Shown here: positions 20,001-29,716 of the stretch, one piece after another
Position numbering within the stretch: position 1 is the first letter of the stretch
Layout: every line of letters starts with the position of its first letter
From: Trichomonas gallinae
Taxonomy: Eukaryota
Direction: 5' to 3'
Length of the DNA stretch: 38,800 nt
Assembly (NCBI GenBank): GCA_008369845.1
Contig: MRSU01005553.1
Location: 1-38,800 of the forward strand
The notes under the pieces: generated by a model
The model's input: the letters and a program-made list of their open reading frames with translations, nothing else
What the model was told of the DNA's origin: nothing
Databases searched by the model: none
Translations under genes and position numbers: made by a program

Positions 20001-23000
20001 CCAGATGTTCAGCCAACAAAGATGAGACCAGCTTCACAAAGACGTTTAATTGATACAGTTCTTTCTCATCAAAACGTTTCAGAGTATTCTCCTCTTTGGA
20101 TGCTGCAAATGACCCAAGACTTAGTTCTTTGTAGCAATTCTGCGGCCATTCGTGCGTGCAGACCACTTTTAAACGGCGCATCAAAATTACATAACGATTT
20201 ATTCCCTCTTGCGCTAGTTTCTGTGTGGGAAGATGCATCAGATGAAGAAAGAACAAAGCTCATGTCTTTCTTTGAGACAGTTGTTAATTCTCCCAATGCG
20301 AATATTTTTGTTTTGTCAATAATCGTTGATGGAGCCGAAGCATTAGATCGAGCAGGCTTCTCCATGTTCTTTAACCCAATGACAGCCGGCATCGTCGCTG
20401 AAAAATGCAAGAGTTGGTTTAAAGCAATTAGATTTTTCTCAAAAGTCGAATCCAGTGAAGAACCGCTTAAGCACTTGCTCATGATCGAGACTCAGCTTAA
20501 AAGAAAGAGCACAGCGAACGGATTATTGGGCATAATTTCTTCACAAACAACTGATGCAGGTTTATTTGAGTCATTAAACATGTGGGACAAGGCATTGGAG
20601 ATCTACGAGACGCAGAAAGAGAGCGAAACATCAATTCCAGGCATAGTTAACTCATTCATGAACATGGACGACTACGAATCGATATTGAAACGCGAAACAA
20701 TTTTCGACAGACTCAGCAAAGAAACAAAAATCAAAGCTGCTCTTCCTTTCTTCATTGGAGCTTTAAACCTCGGCAAAGATACAACAAAATACGAGCAGTT
20801 CCTTGTGCCAGACTCTCCAATCAACTGCTGCTGGAGGGCTGTCGCAGCGATAAAGAAAAACTCTGTTGACGAAGCAGAGGAATTCGTCAAACGTTCGAGA
20901 AACGCTGCTGTTCTGTTATTCGTTCCTCCTGCTAACTACGAAAGTGCGATGTCTTTAATAAATCACTTCCTGCTGATAGAAGACGTCAGCAATGTTTTAC
21001 TGGTGAACAAAGGAAAAGACACTGCATCACATATAATAGAAATCTGGAACAGAAACTCAAACTCAATGAAAAACGATTATTCTCAACTAAAGCTATCATG
21101 GGCGATCAGAGAATTATTGCACTGCGACAACGACCAGAGAAGAGGAATGCGAAATGTTTATCTCGATATTTTAAGGCGATTGAAAGAGTGGAACTACTTC
21201 GACGGAGTTTTCCAGTCTTCAATATCAGATAAGAAAGACGAAAGATCTCTTTTAATCAGGTATATCACTAGAATTGACAGAGGAATTGTTTCCAATACAG
21301 ACGAGCTTTCGAGATTCGTCAACAAGTTGCATAAATCATCAAGGAATGACGTTTACTGTGACGCTGTCTGCGCCTTGGCGTCCAGAAGCACAGTCACTGA
21401 ATTCGTCGTCAATCAGCTCGGCGATGTTTTGCGGCAAAACAAAAGCCACGCGCGTGCATGGAGATTGTGGACATACTCCAATCTGTCGTTAATGCAGAGA
21501 CCGGAAAATGCTGCTGTTTTCTACGCCAATAATACAATGAACGGTTTCTGGAAATTGCTTGAGTTGAATGGATCAATGATGCATTGGTTATGTCAGATTT
21601 GTTCTCTTTTCTTTACATATGGAACATCGCTTTCTGATTTCGAAGACTTCGCCACGAAATTCAAGAATTTGCCACCTGAAAGTGTAATTCTCATCATCCC
21701 ACAGCTTGTCGTTCAACTGGAGCATCCTGTAAAAGAAGTCAGAGAAGTTGTTTTCGACATTATCAGGTCTTTCTCAGTAAATCACTTCCAGGCAGTTGCT
21801 CTTCCATTAAATCTCCAGAGACACACAAAATCATCTGAGTTTATTGATCATTTATTCGATGAGCATTCACAGGATGGCAACGACGTGTCAATATTCGCGC
21901 AGTCAATGACGTCGCTCGCTGTTACTCCGGCGGAAGAAGTTTCTATATTACTGGAAAAGCTGCTAAAAATCGGTGATGATTTTCCACTCCCTCAAGAATC
22001 TCTCGACATCATCAAGCGTGTTGCCGACATTATATCTATCAAGACATACAAGAGTTTCCTCAAAGACTGGTTTTCATGTAAACCCGCCAAACTTTTCATC
22101 GAAAAAAGTTTCAAAGTTTTGAACATGACTACATCAAAGACCTCAAATGCTGATCGTGTCTTCCTTTTCAACGCCTCAAACGCTCTGCACATATTCTTGA
22201 ACAAGAACATCGAAACAGTCAACAGCATTGATATCAAAGAGCTCGGCTTACCGATAAGAACTGACGACTTGAAAGTTTGCATGCCAGGTTCATATGAGAT
22301 AGGAAAACCTTTGATAACTGTCTCAAAGATCCGCCACGTTCTCAAGATGATCCCATCTGCCAAGAGGCCTAGGAAGATGCGCATGTTGGGCAGCAACGGT
22401 CAGAGCTACAAATATCTGCTGAAAGGCAGAGAAGACTTGAGACTTGATCAACATATTATGCAATTTTTCTCTCTCGTGAATTCTATATTAAGGATGAACA
22501 AATCATCTGACGGCACATTTAACACGATCATGCAGTACCACGTTGTCCCTTTGACTACGGCAAGTGGCCTCATTTCGTGGGCAGCTGGTGGCGAGACATT
22601 GTCTAGTTTGATTCTCTGGCGGAGGAAAATGTGCGGAAGGCCAGAAGACGCCGAGAAGAAAGTTTTTGCGGATTTCTTCGACAAAGGAAGAGATTTGGCC
22701 ATTTACATGAATAACCTGCAAAAACTCGAGCTGTTCAAGAAACTCAAATCAATTTCTCCTGACAACGAAATCGACGAAGCTTTGTGGCTGAAATCTTCTG
22801 GTGCTCGGCAGTGGCTGATGCAGACAACGAACTTCTCCAGGTCATTGGCGCTTATGAGTGTCGTCGGCTACATAATCGGTCTCGGCGACAGACATCCACT
22901 GAATATTTTGTTCATGAAGAGAAACGGAAACTTAGTCCACATAGATCTATCGGACTGCTTCGAAAAAGCTTCTCTGAGAAGGTTTGTGAGGGAGACAGTT

Positions 23001-23360
23001 CCATTCAGACTCACAAGGATGCTTGTACGAGCTCTGGGACTTGTCGGAACTCATGGATTGTTCAAGACAACAGCTGAAGATGTTTTGTGGCAGTTAAGGA
23101 GGAACTCTCAGACATTATTGGCTTTTTTGGACATTTTCGTGCAGGAGCCAGTCATAGACGCTTTGTGGTACGAAGGCAGCCAGGATGATAAAGATGGACG
23201 AGGACTTAAACAGGCTATCAGAAGAGTGGCGGAGAAGCTTTCTGGCCACGATTACGATTTAGATCTTACGATTCCTCAACACATTCATAAACTCATCGAT
23301 GAAGCAACGTCTGAGACAAACTTAAGCAGAATGTATCACGGATGGGCACCTTATTGGTGA
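17061..23360 (+). CDS. PIKK family atypical kinase, TOR-like (HEAT-FAT-kinase-FATC)
   Basis: 2099 aa. TOR-type G.IG.LDP motif, IPQL, SAKRPRK...GSNG..Y.YLLKGREDLR.D, GYIIGLGDRHP.NI, HIDLSDCFE, E.VPFRLTRML and FATC MYHGWAPYW. Confidence 0.95.
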   Translation: MSLIQGFNKLASTLVEYSSFREVRKKFQEQLASSFLSLSKEDQDIFIDTLYKWSTNRMHSTNQIDKIIALACFAYILDIVEDQNHYQNIANQLERILPVESITVIDGITFILERVSRRSETPILPTLFERLTSRIFSTSVLSSVFIFKNVIFTNIDLYRRFSGNINNIVQGALKHQNPEVRRCGVELFIGKINHDSSPDECANSMLDDCFQVLESHCNNFSVDGYFSMIVNIIKERPRIGSPRLQSLVKAVLFHINASNAEIILGHVLALQEFAKFVPNIQAKLLTIFSEISQFSENLSHILSILLSLDNPIQAIIPIVMGLPDHLFFITAPCLLKQFNNTMSEIYQRLKNANITGAVIKTAKILLEQNYSYASEITQRYSQYLIDNFDTNLPISYKIIKYITLSNEIDKEEYINTLISQLTQVDEKNCRKLIKAIYALIIQMQDKEKYLIQTLFVAESSSNAFIRVNTLKLVPIEFYALFRSEILIDLVDSYLSDSKGVVREAAQLLFLQIQKVIPEDIDKYMRNNIDHFFQQLQGFTSLLSKRYQLEMTPLFLRLCTNIIGPYVNRIIDYFIEILDKRHEFPKTTIDATIRLNDRNYIRVIHKFVLISINELIPHIDIFREKLPRLIPAITNQLFTSTHKSLHIEVANTLLKIFREINFNKTTEIDIIKMHKEIFTFLANCTDMDTICGFLRLFGTIGPLDPHQFHTFDYDSHSFDLSPICDVSKRSACYLNFVMQYVLDQLQQATSIYEPSVLIIAIVYIFQSDPYNSLPFLPQIVPVFSKLLNDKVFDPPDAIFHFLRSIILLVDVSILPYGDDIMEMIIPFLQNANISAIKVFSALVFALKGFYYFDPDIFNLLVSILRQKNIPQEVDSYLMLTMALMVIYNESSPTLFFELATERVKKNNRDSLTYICWVMNTGKFQKYGLQILRLALSINGPLEQKAAELVSIIATKDPKITKLTKISKEKIIKINDADFLPKPDVQPTKMRPASQRRLIDTVLSHQNVSEYSPLWMLQMTQDLVLCSNSAAIRACRPLLNGASKLHNDLFPLALVSVWEDASDEERTKLMSFFETVVNSPNANIFVLSIIVDGAEALDRAGFSMFFNPMTAGIVAEKCKSWFKAIRFFSKVESSEEPLKHLLMIETQLKRKSTANGLLGIISSQTTDAGLFESLNMWDKALEIYETQKESETSIPGIVNSFMNMDDYESILKRETIFDRLSKETKIKAALPFFIGALNLGKDTTKYEQFLVPDSPINCCWRAVAAIKKNSVDEAEEFVKRSRNAAVLLFVPPANYESAMSLINHFLLIEDVSNVLLVNKGKDTASHIIEIWNRNSNSMKNDYSQLKLSWAIRELLHCDNDQRRGMRNVYLDILRRLKEWNYFDGVFQSSISDKKDERSLLIRYITRIDRGIVSNTDELSRFVNKLHKSSRNDVYCDAVCALASRSTVTEFVVNQLGDVLRQNKSHARAWRLWTYSNLSLMQRPENAAVFYANNTMNGFWKLLELNGSMMHWLCQICSLFFTYGTSLSDFEDFATKFKNLPPESVILIIPQLVVQLEHPVKEVREVVFDIIRSFSVNHFQAVALPLNLQRHTKSSEFIDHLFDEHSQDGNDVSIFAQSMTSLAVTPAEEVSILLEKLLKIGDDFPLPQESLDIIKRVADIISIKTYKSFLKDWFSCKPAKLFIEKSFKVLNMTTSKTSNADRVFLFNASNALHIFLNKNIETVNSIDIKELGLPIRTDDLKVCMPGSYEIGKPLITVSKIRHVLKMIPSAKRPRKMRMLGSNGQSYKYLLKGREDLRLDQHIMQFFSLVNSILRMNKSSDGTFNTIMQYHVVPLTTASGLISWAAGGETLSSLILWRRKMCGRPEDAEKKVFADFFDKGRDLAIYMNNLQKLELFKKLKSISPDNEIDEALWLKSSGARQWLMQTTNFSRSLALMSVVGYIIGLGDRHPLNILFMKRNGNLVHIDLSDCFEKASLRRFVRETVPFRLTRMLVRALGLVGTHGLFKTTAEDVLWQLRRNSQTLLAFLDIFVQEPVIDALWYEGSQDDKDGRGLKQAIRRVAEKLSGHDYDLDLTIPQHIHKLIDEATSETNLSRMYHGWAPYW

Positions 23361-23767
23361 ACCAAATACATATTTTATTTGTTTGAATTTTTATTTTTGT
23401 TATATATTAAAATACATTTTCTATCCTTCAAACCGCACATATTTTGCTTGCTATTCATTAAAATTATGAATATAATATGTAAAATATCGAAGAATTATAT
23501 ATTTATGACGTTAAACTTCTTGGGTGACCCATTTTATCTCAAGAAAACTATATTCATGATTTAAAATTCCTCAGATTTACAAAATAAAGCATTAATGAAT
23601 GCTTCATATTACTGTCATCAAACTTTAGAAAAGCAAATCGTATTATTGGAGTGAACTGGATCTAATATATAATGAGTTAACACAAAGATCACAGAATACT
23701 ATGTATTGAATTATTTGGAAACTGATTGATATAAAAAAGATATGAAATTATGGATTTAATTGAAATT

Positions 23768-26700
23768 TTATGGCTCAATGTCTTCTGCTCCATTGTCTGA
23801 TTTGGCTTCTGCATCATCTGTAATGATATCATTAGTTGATTCTTTGCTGCGCTTTCTGATGAAGATGATGACAAAGATAACAATCGCAACAATTACAGCA
23901 ATCATTATTACGCAACCAATTGCAATGCCTGCGATTTTTCCTGAATTAGAATTACCTTCTCCTTGGCCATTTTCTGGTTGCGAGTCAAATGGTCCTTTGT
24001 TTTTAGAATGTTCGACTGGTGGTTGAATAATGACAGATTCATCGATTTTAGAACCTGATACCTCACCGTCTGAGCCTGATCCATCATATCCTGTGCCTGT
24101 TCCTGATCCTTGACCTGATCCATCATCACCTGTGCCTGATCCCGAGTCATGACCTGATCCATCATCACCTGTGCCTGATCCCGAGTCATGACCTGATCCA
24201 TCATCACCTGAGTCTGGAGGATATCTTACATTAGGATTTTCATTTTCAATTTCAATTGGATCTTCAGAAACTTTTTCGTTTGGAAGACCAAATAACTCAG
24301 CGAATGTGAAATCTGATTTGATTTTCCTTGCTGAGCTTATTGATGAAATACGATATTTAGATAATGGGAAAATCAAGGCTGCATCTGGGTATTTATCGCT
24401 TTCTGTTTCTATAGCAATCTGTCCTGGATTGATTTCTTCAAGAAGCAGAGTATTGATGATATCTTGATAATGATTATAAAGGAATAAGAGAGAAACAGGA
24501 AGCTTGTGCTCTCCAATCTTGCCAATTAAGAGAATTGCATCATTTTTAACAACGATAGAAACTTTTAATGAACCCGTTGTGTAGTAGATTGTATCAGAAG
24601 ATATATCTCCAGCCCATGGTTTATAATAATAGAGAGTATTTCCGTATGACTGTGACGTGAATAATTCGCTTTTAGCTGCTGATGAAAAAGTGTTTTTGCT
24701 GGATAAAACATTAATTCCTAAATCATTTTCATAAGAGAATTTAATTGCTCCATTGAAATCAAGATTTTGTTCAAGAATGCAATTTATATTTGCTCCTGAT
24801 GAGCACTTCTTAAATACATTATATGAATATCCAGTTCGTAACTGTATTTCAGCAGGGAAAGAATCGAATTTATAACTTTTGATTTCGTTTGTTTCGATTG
24901 TTTGCAATAGGATGTTGTCATAAACTTTAAATGGAATATCTCTTGAATTCACGTCATTATACTTGAGATCAATATATTTAGAAAATTCATCATCGCTGAA
25001 TTTGATAAAATTCTTGATTACATAAATATCAGAAGAAGAGAATTTGAACATTAAATGATCATAAATTCTTGCAATACGAGTATATTTAGGTTGGTCGCCA
25101 TCGTTGCCAACTGGAATAGCATAATAACTTGAAGCTTCGTCATATGTATCTACTATTATACTCTCCGGTAAAGTAATAAGCTGTCGAGGATTGAAATATA
25201 ACTGACTGGATTTATAGTTGAAAATTTTTGTTACTAGAATTATGTAATGGCTTGCAGCCGGCCTACTTCTGACTAAAAATATATATTCATTATTGCCAAT
25301 GGATTGCATTTTGTTTTTACTTATGAGGTAGGTATGTGTTGCGACCTGAATTGAATCGACCAAAGGTGTTCCATTTTCAATGTAGATTAAAACATAACTG
25401 TTGGGATTTTCGACAAGGATTGTGAAATATTGCTGGGATTCAGGCGCACTATCAGCGTAATTTTTTTCTGATAACCTCATAATAATTGTTGGAATCAATG
25501 ATTTTTCTGTTGAAGGATCTACATTTCTAATGATGGATGGATTATATTTCTTATGAGCAATATCGAAATCGTAAAATTCGTTATGAAATGTAGTTGAAGT
25601 AGATCTATCTGTGTATGATGGAAGATCAAACACATTGCTCGAAGTTTCAACTATTTTATTGCCAATAGTCTTCTTTGGAATAAAATAACTTCCAATTTGG
25701 AAGTTGGAAGTTGATTGGAATTCGATTAAACCACACAGATTTTGACAGTTTAATTCTTCAGCATTATAATGTCTAGAATTTTGGAGGTCATCTATCTTGA
25801 TGAATATTCCATCTATAACTTTGTTTCCTTGTTTAAAATAAATATATACGTTTGATTTGAATTGTTTTTTTTGGATATAGTCCTGAAGGTTAGCTTTAAG
25901 GAACTTATAATTGGTTGGTTTCAATTTAAATCCTGAGATTGCTGTTAAACTTGAGCTCGATGTATCGAAAAACATCTCTTTACTTATGTCGCATGTGTAT
26001 TTATCATTATTTTTCGTCCAAACAAGATACTCATAATTATTATAGGAATCATCACTTGCAATATTGAAAATAATGAACGAATCTCTACTTTTAATTTTGT
26101 AAATTTTGCCCAATTCAACTCTAACGCCGGACTTGTAAATGATTTTATAATGAATATCATCTTTATAGACCCATCCATCCATAATTTGATCTACTGGAAT
26201 TTCTCCAGAATAGCTACCCATTGTTTTAATGACTTCTTCAAATTCATAATCAGCATTGCCATCGGAAATTGCGTTCATTTGAAACTTTACTGTTCCATAG
26301 TCGAGGTCTGTTGCAATAAGTCCTGATAGTTCAAGAAAATCTATTTCATACTTATTTTTTGAATATACTTTCGATTTGATATAGTTGTCATTTGATTTAA
26401 TGCTGAAAGAGACGATTTTTGGCTTTGAAGTGTATCCTGTTTTGACTTGTAGCCTTGCTTGAACTGAAATCTTGTCATTTGTAAAGATTTTAGTTGGATC
26501 TTTTTCGTCATTTAGTGATGCCTTGACTAAACAAAACTCCATGCTAGGAACTGTGTAAAAATTAAAATTGTAAAGATCTTTTGCAAATTTTGTGCCAATT
26601 ATTGGAAATGTTATTCCATTGAACACTCCTGCAGTGAAAAGTGGTGTCTCAGCAATTGTGACATATAAATATGGGAATGAGCATAGTTCTTGGTTAAAAC

Positions 26701-27907
26701 TTAATTGAACTGGGAACTTTGCTTTGAGAATCTTAAAATCAATGCTACTTTCTGCAACCAATGGCAGCTCAATGCTTGGAGTGACCGCTACTTCACATAT
26801 GATGGGTGCTTCTAGTTTCGATTTCAATAAGATATCTCGTAAACTTATTGATGGCCACTCTGATGCAATTTTATTTTTGGAGAACTTGTAATCAGAGTTC
26901 TTTGATTTATATCCTTTTGAAGTGATTGAAAATTCTTTTGTCCAAAAGAATGAATACCTATATCCATAATTATATGATATAGGCAGTTCTACTTTTATGT
27001 ACTCGAATCCAAGACTGAAATCAACATCAACCTTCAAATTAATAACTGTAATGGCGAGTGGAATAGCTAACTGGAAAACTGTTATGCCATTTCCAAGAAT
27101 TAGTTCTGGAAATGTGAAAGTATTTCCTAATATGAAATCAAAACCACTTACAGCTTGGCAAGTAATTTTACAGCTGACATCAAAAATTGAACCAAATCCT
27201 GAAACTTCATATAATAAATCAGCTTCAAGATATGCACCAATATTAAATTGTAATAGTTCGAATCCATCTTTTTCTTCTTGGTCTTCTGAATTGAGCCAAT
27301 TCGAAATCTGATCTTTTATCTTTGCTTTTATTTTAGTTTTAATGCCACCTTCTTCTTTTTCTTCAGTTGCCATCTCGTTTCTTTTTTGGATCATTTCTTT
27401 CAGCTTTTCATATATGATAGGGATCAGATTTTTGGTAGGTCTTCCAGTGAGCATATTATGATTCTCATCAGCTTCCCACTCAATTGATTTTGAGAAATGC
27501 AGTTTATTTGGACTTGAAAGTATATGGTAATAGCCGTAGACGTCAAATGGATTTATTTTCATTATTTCATATACATTGACTGACTCATGTGTTTCGAGAC
27601 ATGATTTTATGTAATAAGTTTTGTTCTGTGATGGATTATGGAAAACAGAATTTTTGAAATTTGTATTCTCATTTTGAACAATTGCAAGAATCTTTTTAGA
27701 CTTATGGAAACCAGCAATTGGATGTGAATTTGCAGGGATGATGTCATAAAGGAGTGTGTAATTGCATAATGCGCTGACATAAGTACCGGCCTTCATAATT
27801 TCTGTTTCTTCTTTGATTTTTCTTTGTTTGCTATGGGAAATAGCAGCATCAATAATACTTTGGTATTTCGACGCTGCAGCTAATAGTGCAGTAAATAGAA
27901 ATAACAT
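23768..27907 (-). CDS. Large type I membrane/surface protein of unknown function
   Basis: 1379 aa. Short hydrophobic N-terminus MLFLFTALLAAAS, long ectodomain, Gly/Ser/Asp stalk, single TM IAGIAIGCVIMIAVIVAIVIFVIIFI, RKR stop-transfer and a ~30-aa acidic tail. Confidence 0.9.
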   Translation of the reverse strand: MLFLFTALLAAASKYQSIIDAAISHSKQRKIKEETEIMKAGTYVSALCNYTLLYDIIPANSHPIAGFHKSKKILAIVQNENTNFKNSVFHNPSQNKTYYIKSCLETHESVNVYEIMKINPFDVYGYYHILSSPNKLHFSKSIEWEADENHNMLTGRPTKNLIPIIYEKLKEMIQKRNEMATEEKEEGGIKTKIKAKIKDQISNWLNSEDQEEKDGFELLQFNIGAYLEADLLYEVSGFGSIFDVSCKITCQAVSGFDFILGNTFTFPELILGNGITVFQLAIPLAITVINLKVDVDFSLGFEYIKVELPISYNYGYRYSFFWTKEFSITSKGYKSKNSDYKFSKNKIASEWPSISLRDILLKSKLEAPIICEVAVTPSIELPLVAESSIDFKILKAKFPVQLSFNQELCSFPYLYVTIAETPLFTAGVFNGITFPIIGTKFAKDLYNFNFYTVPSMEFCLVKASLNDEKDPTKIFTNDKISVQARLQVKTGYTSKPKIVSFSIKSNDNYIKSKVYSKNKYEIDFLELSGLIATDLDYGTVKFQMNAISDGNADYEFEEVIKTMGSYSGEIPVDQIMDGWVYKDDIHYKIIYKSGVRVELGKIYKIKSRDSFIIFNIASDDSYNNYEYLVWTKNNDKYTCDISKEMFFDTSSSSLTAISGFKLKPTNYKFLKANLQDYIQKKQFKSNVYIYFKQGNKVIDGIFIKIDDLQNSRHYNAEELNCQNLCGLIEFQSTSNFQIGSYFIPKKTIGNKIVETSSNVFDLPSYTDRSTSTTFHNEFYDFDIAHKKYNPSIIRNVDPSTEKSLIPTIIMRLSEKNYADSAPESQQYFTILVENPNSYVLIYIENGTPLVDSIQVATHTYLISKNKMQSIGNNEYIFLVRSRPAASHYIILVTKIFNYKSSQLYFNPRQLITLPESIIVDTYDEASSYYAIPVGNDGDQPKYTRIARIYDHLMFKFSSSDIYVIKNFIKFSDDEFSKYIDLKYNDVNSRDIPFKVYDNILLQTIETNEIKSYKFDSFPAEIQLRTGYSYNVFKKCSSGANINCILEQNLDFNGAIKFSYENDLGINVLSSKNTFSSAAKSELFTSQSYGNTLYYYKPWAGDISSDTIYYTTGSLKVSIVVKNDAILLIGKIGEHKLPVSLLFLYNHYQDIINTLLLEEINPGQIAIETESDKYPDAALIFPLSKYRISSISSARKIKSDFTFAELFGLPNEKVSEDPIEIENENPNVRYPPDSGDDGSGHDSGSGTGDDGSGHDSGSGTGDDGSGQGSGTGTGYDGSGSDGEVSGSKIDESVIIQPPVEHSKNKGPFDSQPENGQGEGNSNSGKIAGIAIGCVIMIAVIVAIVIFVIIFIRKRSKESTNDIITDDAEAKSDNGAEDIEP
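24075..24210. repeat. 39-bp coding tandem repeat (DSGSGTGDDGSGH): two perfect copies plus partial and degenerate copies
   Basis: TGACCTGATCCATCATCACCTGTGCCTGATCCCGAGTCA at 24111 and 24150, partial at 24189, degenerate at about 24075. Confidence 0.95.
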
Positions 27908-27914
27908 TAATAAT

Positions 27915-27924
27915 AATGAAGTGA
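27915..27924 (-). promoter_or_regulatory. Tandem trichomonad initiator (TCACT/TCATT)
   Basis: The minus strand reads TCACTTCATT ending 7 nt before ATG 27907. Confidence 0.65.
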
Positions 27925-29199
27925 TTGGCCTATTTTGACTTCATTGCACAATTCTCTGCTCATTGAATATTTCACAATTCTTATCAAATTTGTATGACAC
28001 ATTTCTTGACTTAAATTACTGATGGGGCTGTATATTGATGCGTTGCGTATTTCTTGAATTTCCGCATGAAATTGAATGAATTTTTCTTTCGTTTAAAATT
28101 AAACAAAAACGATGCATATGGATCAACAAAAAAATTAAGGTAATTTGAGAAAATCTCTCAAAAAGTGGTCAAGCAGCGTTCAATAGTCTATTGTTTATTG
28201 AGTTGAATGCATACAAAAATTGTGGGTCTTAAACAAATTGAGTCGTATTAAAATTTGTTGAAAATTTGACTTCAAAAAGCATATGAAATAAACATAAATA
28301 TGTATGAGTTATGCGTTTTAAAACAAATCAAAATAGAGCAATTATATATTTTGCCGAAAAAAAAACCTATTCAAAATACATAATATTTGAATTTATCGAT
28401 GGATTTCCAATATTTTTGCAAAACTAAAAAGCATTTGTATAGCAGACCAATCATATATTAATATTGTACCATAAAATGTAGTCAAATTTTTTTAAGAGGG
28501 TAGGTTTGAATGGTTTACAAAATTTGAAAAAGTGCTCCATTTCAGCCAGTAAAAGCATAGACCATGAGGATCCTATATGGATCCATATATGCTATTGAAT
28601 GAATTTTTATTTTAGGCTGATTTGTGAGTTTGCAGTTAATTCAAGATTTCCAAGTTTAATCTTGTATTTTAATTTGTTACATCAAATATAGTCGCATTAA
28701 TGTGAAAAAGCAGAGATGTAGCAACATATGGAAGTATATTATCATTATTCCCAAATAAATTTGGATAAATACCTGTAACTGCAAATCCTATCTTATTGTA
28801 TGAGATCCTGTTATATTATGATCAAAATTGCATATTTCAAGTCATTTCCATAACAGAATCGTAGTTTTTTTGAGAAATATTTTTTTTCTAAATCAATTTG
28901 AATATGCCAGTCTGCACCTGAGGGAATGTGTTTTCACCAATAGTAAAACACACCCAATCAATTGCAAATCGATATATTCAATATTTTGTGGATTCATGGA
29001 ATGTATCTTACAAAATATTGGGAGAAGACGTCAGTGAAGGCAGATATACTAATACACTAGTAAAATAGCATATATTTTGATATCTATTATTTTGATAAAC
29101 TTGATTTTAATTCTTGCAATAAAAAATAATATTACAATAAAAAAAGTACAAGTAAAATACAAACAAAATATGGTATGAACAGGGGTGAAGCGAGGTGAA

Positions 29200-29667
29200 T
29201 TAGAACTGTATAAGATCATTGACAGCAATTGGTGGAGATTGGCAGGTGAAAGGAATGACATCAACATGGAATTTAGATGGAGGTACAGATTGTACAGGCT
29301 TAATCTTTTGAGGAGATCTTGGCATTAAATCAAAAATGTCGTGGCTCTTGTTAAGATTAAGGAAGTCGCATAGGTTATTAGAGAAATCAGATTCCTCAGA
29401 TGAACGCTTTACGCGAGAGATCCTAAACTTACTACAAGAGGTATTCGCACAACTCTTCAGAGAAAGATTTTGTTCCAAGGGCTCCTGATATGTATATGAG
29501 TCATCGGAACCTTGGCATGGGCATATATCAACCTCAAAAGACCTTTTTCTTCCGGGTCTCTGTATAGGCTCGAAATCAGAGTCATTTGGGGCGCTTGAAG
29601 CCGGACCAGCGCTACAATAGAGCTGGTCGAAGTTATTACACTTACATGGGCACTTAGTCATCCACAT
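29200..29667 (-). CDS. Hypothetical protein, 155 aa (Ser/Pro/Cys-rich, probably disordered)
   Basis: ATG-to-TAA ORF that coincides with a GC-richer island in AT-rich flanks and has an upstream AAAGTGAC motif. No recognised domain. Confidence 0.7.
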   Translation of the reverse strand: MWMTKCPCKCNNFDQLYCSAGPASSAPNDSDFEPIQRPGRKRSFEVDICPCQGSDDSYTYQEPLEQNLSLKSCANTSCSKFRISRVKRSSEESDFSNNLCDFLNLNKSHDIFDLMPRSPQKIKPVQSVPPSKFHVDVIPFTCQSPPIAVNDLIQF

Positions 29668-29708
29668 GATTAGGTAGACTTACTTATTAAAAGTAAAAAA
29701 AAAACTTA

Positions 29709-29716
29709 GTCACTTT
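29709..29716 (-). promoter_or_regulatory. M2-type AAAGTGAC upstream motif
   Basis: GTCACTTT on the + strand, about 42 nt upstream of ATG 29667. Matches a motif enriched in T. vaginalis upstream regions. Confidence 0.5.

Noticed and set aside
24075..24210. CRISPR-like interpretation of the repeats in this window
   Set aside because: These are contiguous in-frame coding tandem repeats without unique spacers, in a eukaryotic context with no cas genes.
28543..28622. Nested inverted matches (CAGCC/GGCTG, AGCATA/TATGCT, GGATCC twice) suggesting a structured RNA
   Set aside because: The stems are short with large asymmetric loops, and there are no snoRNA, snRNA or tRNA motifs. Compatible with chance.
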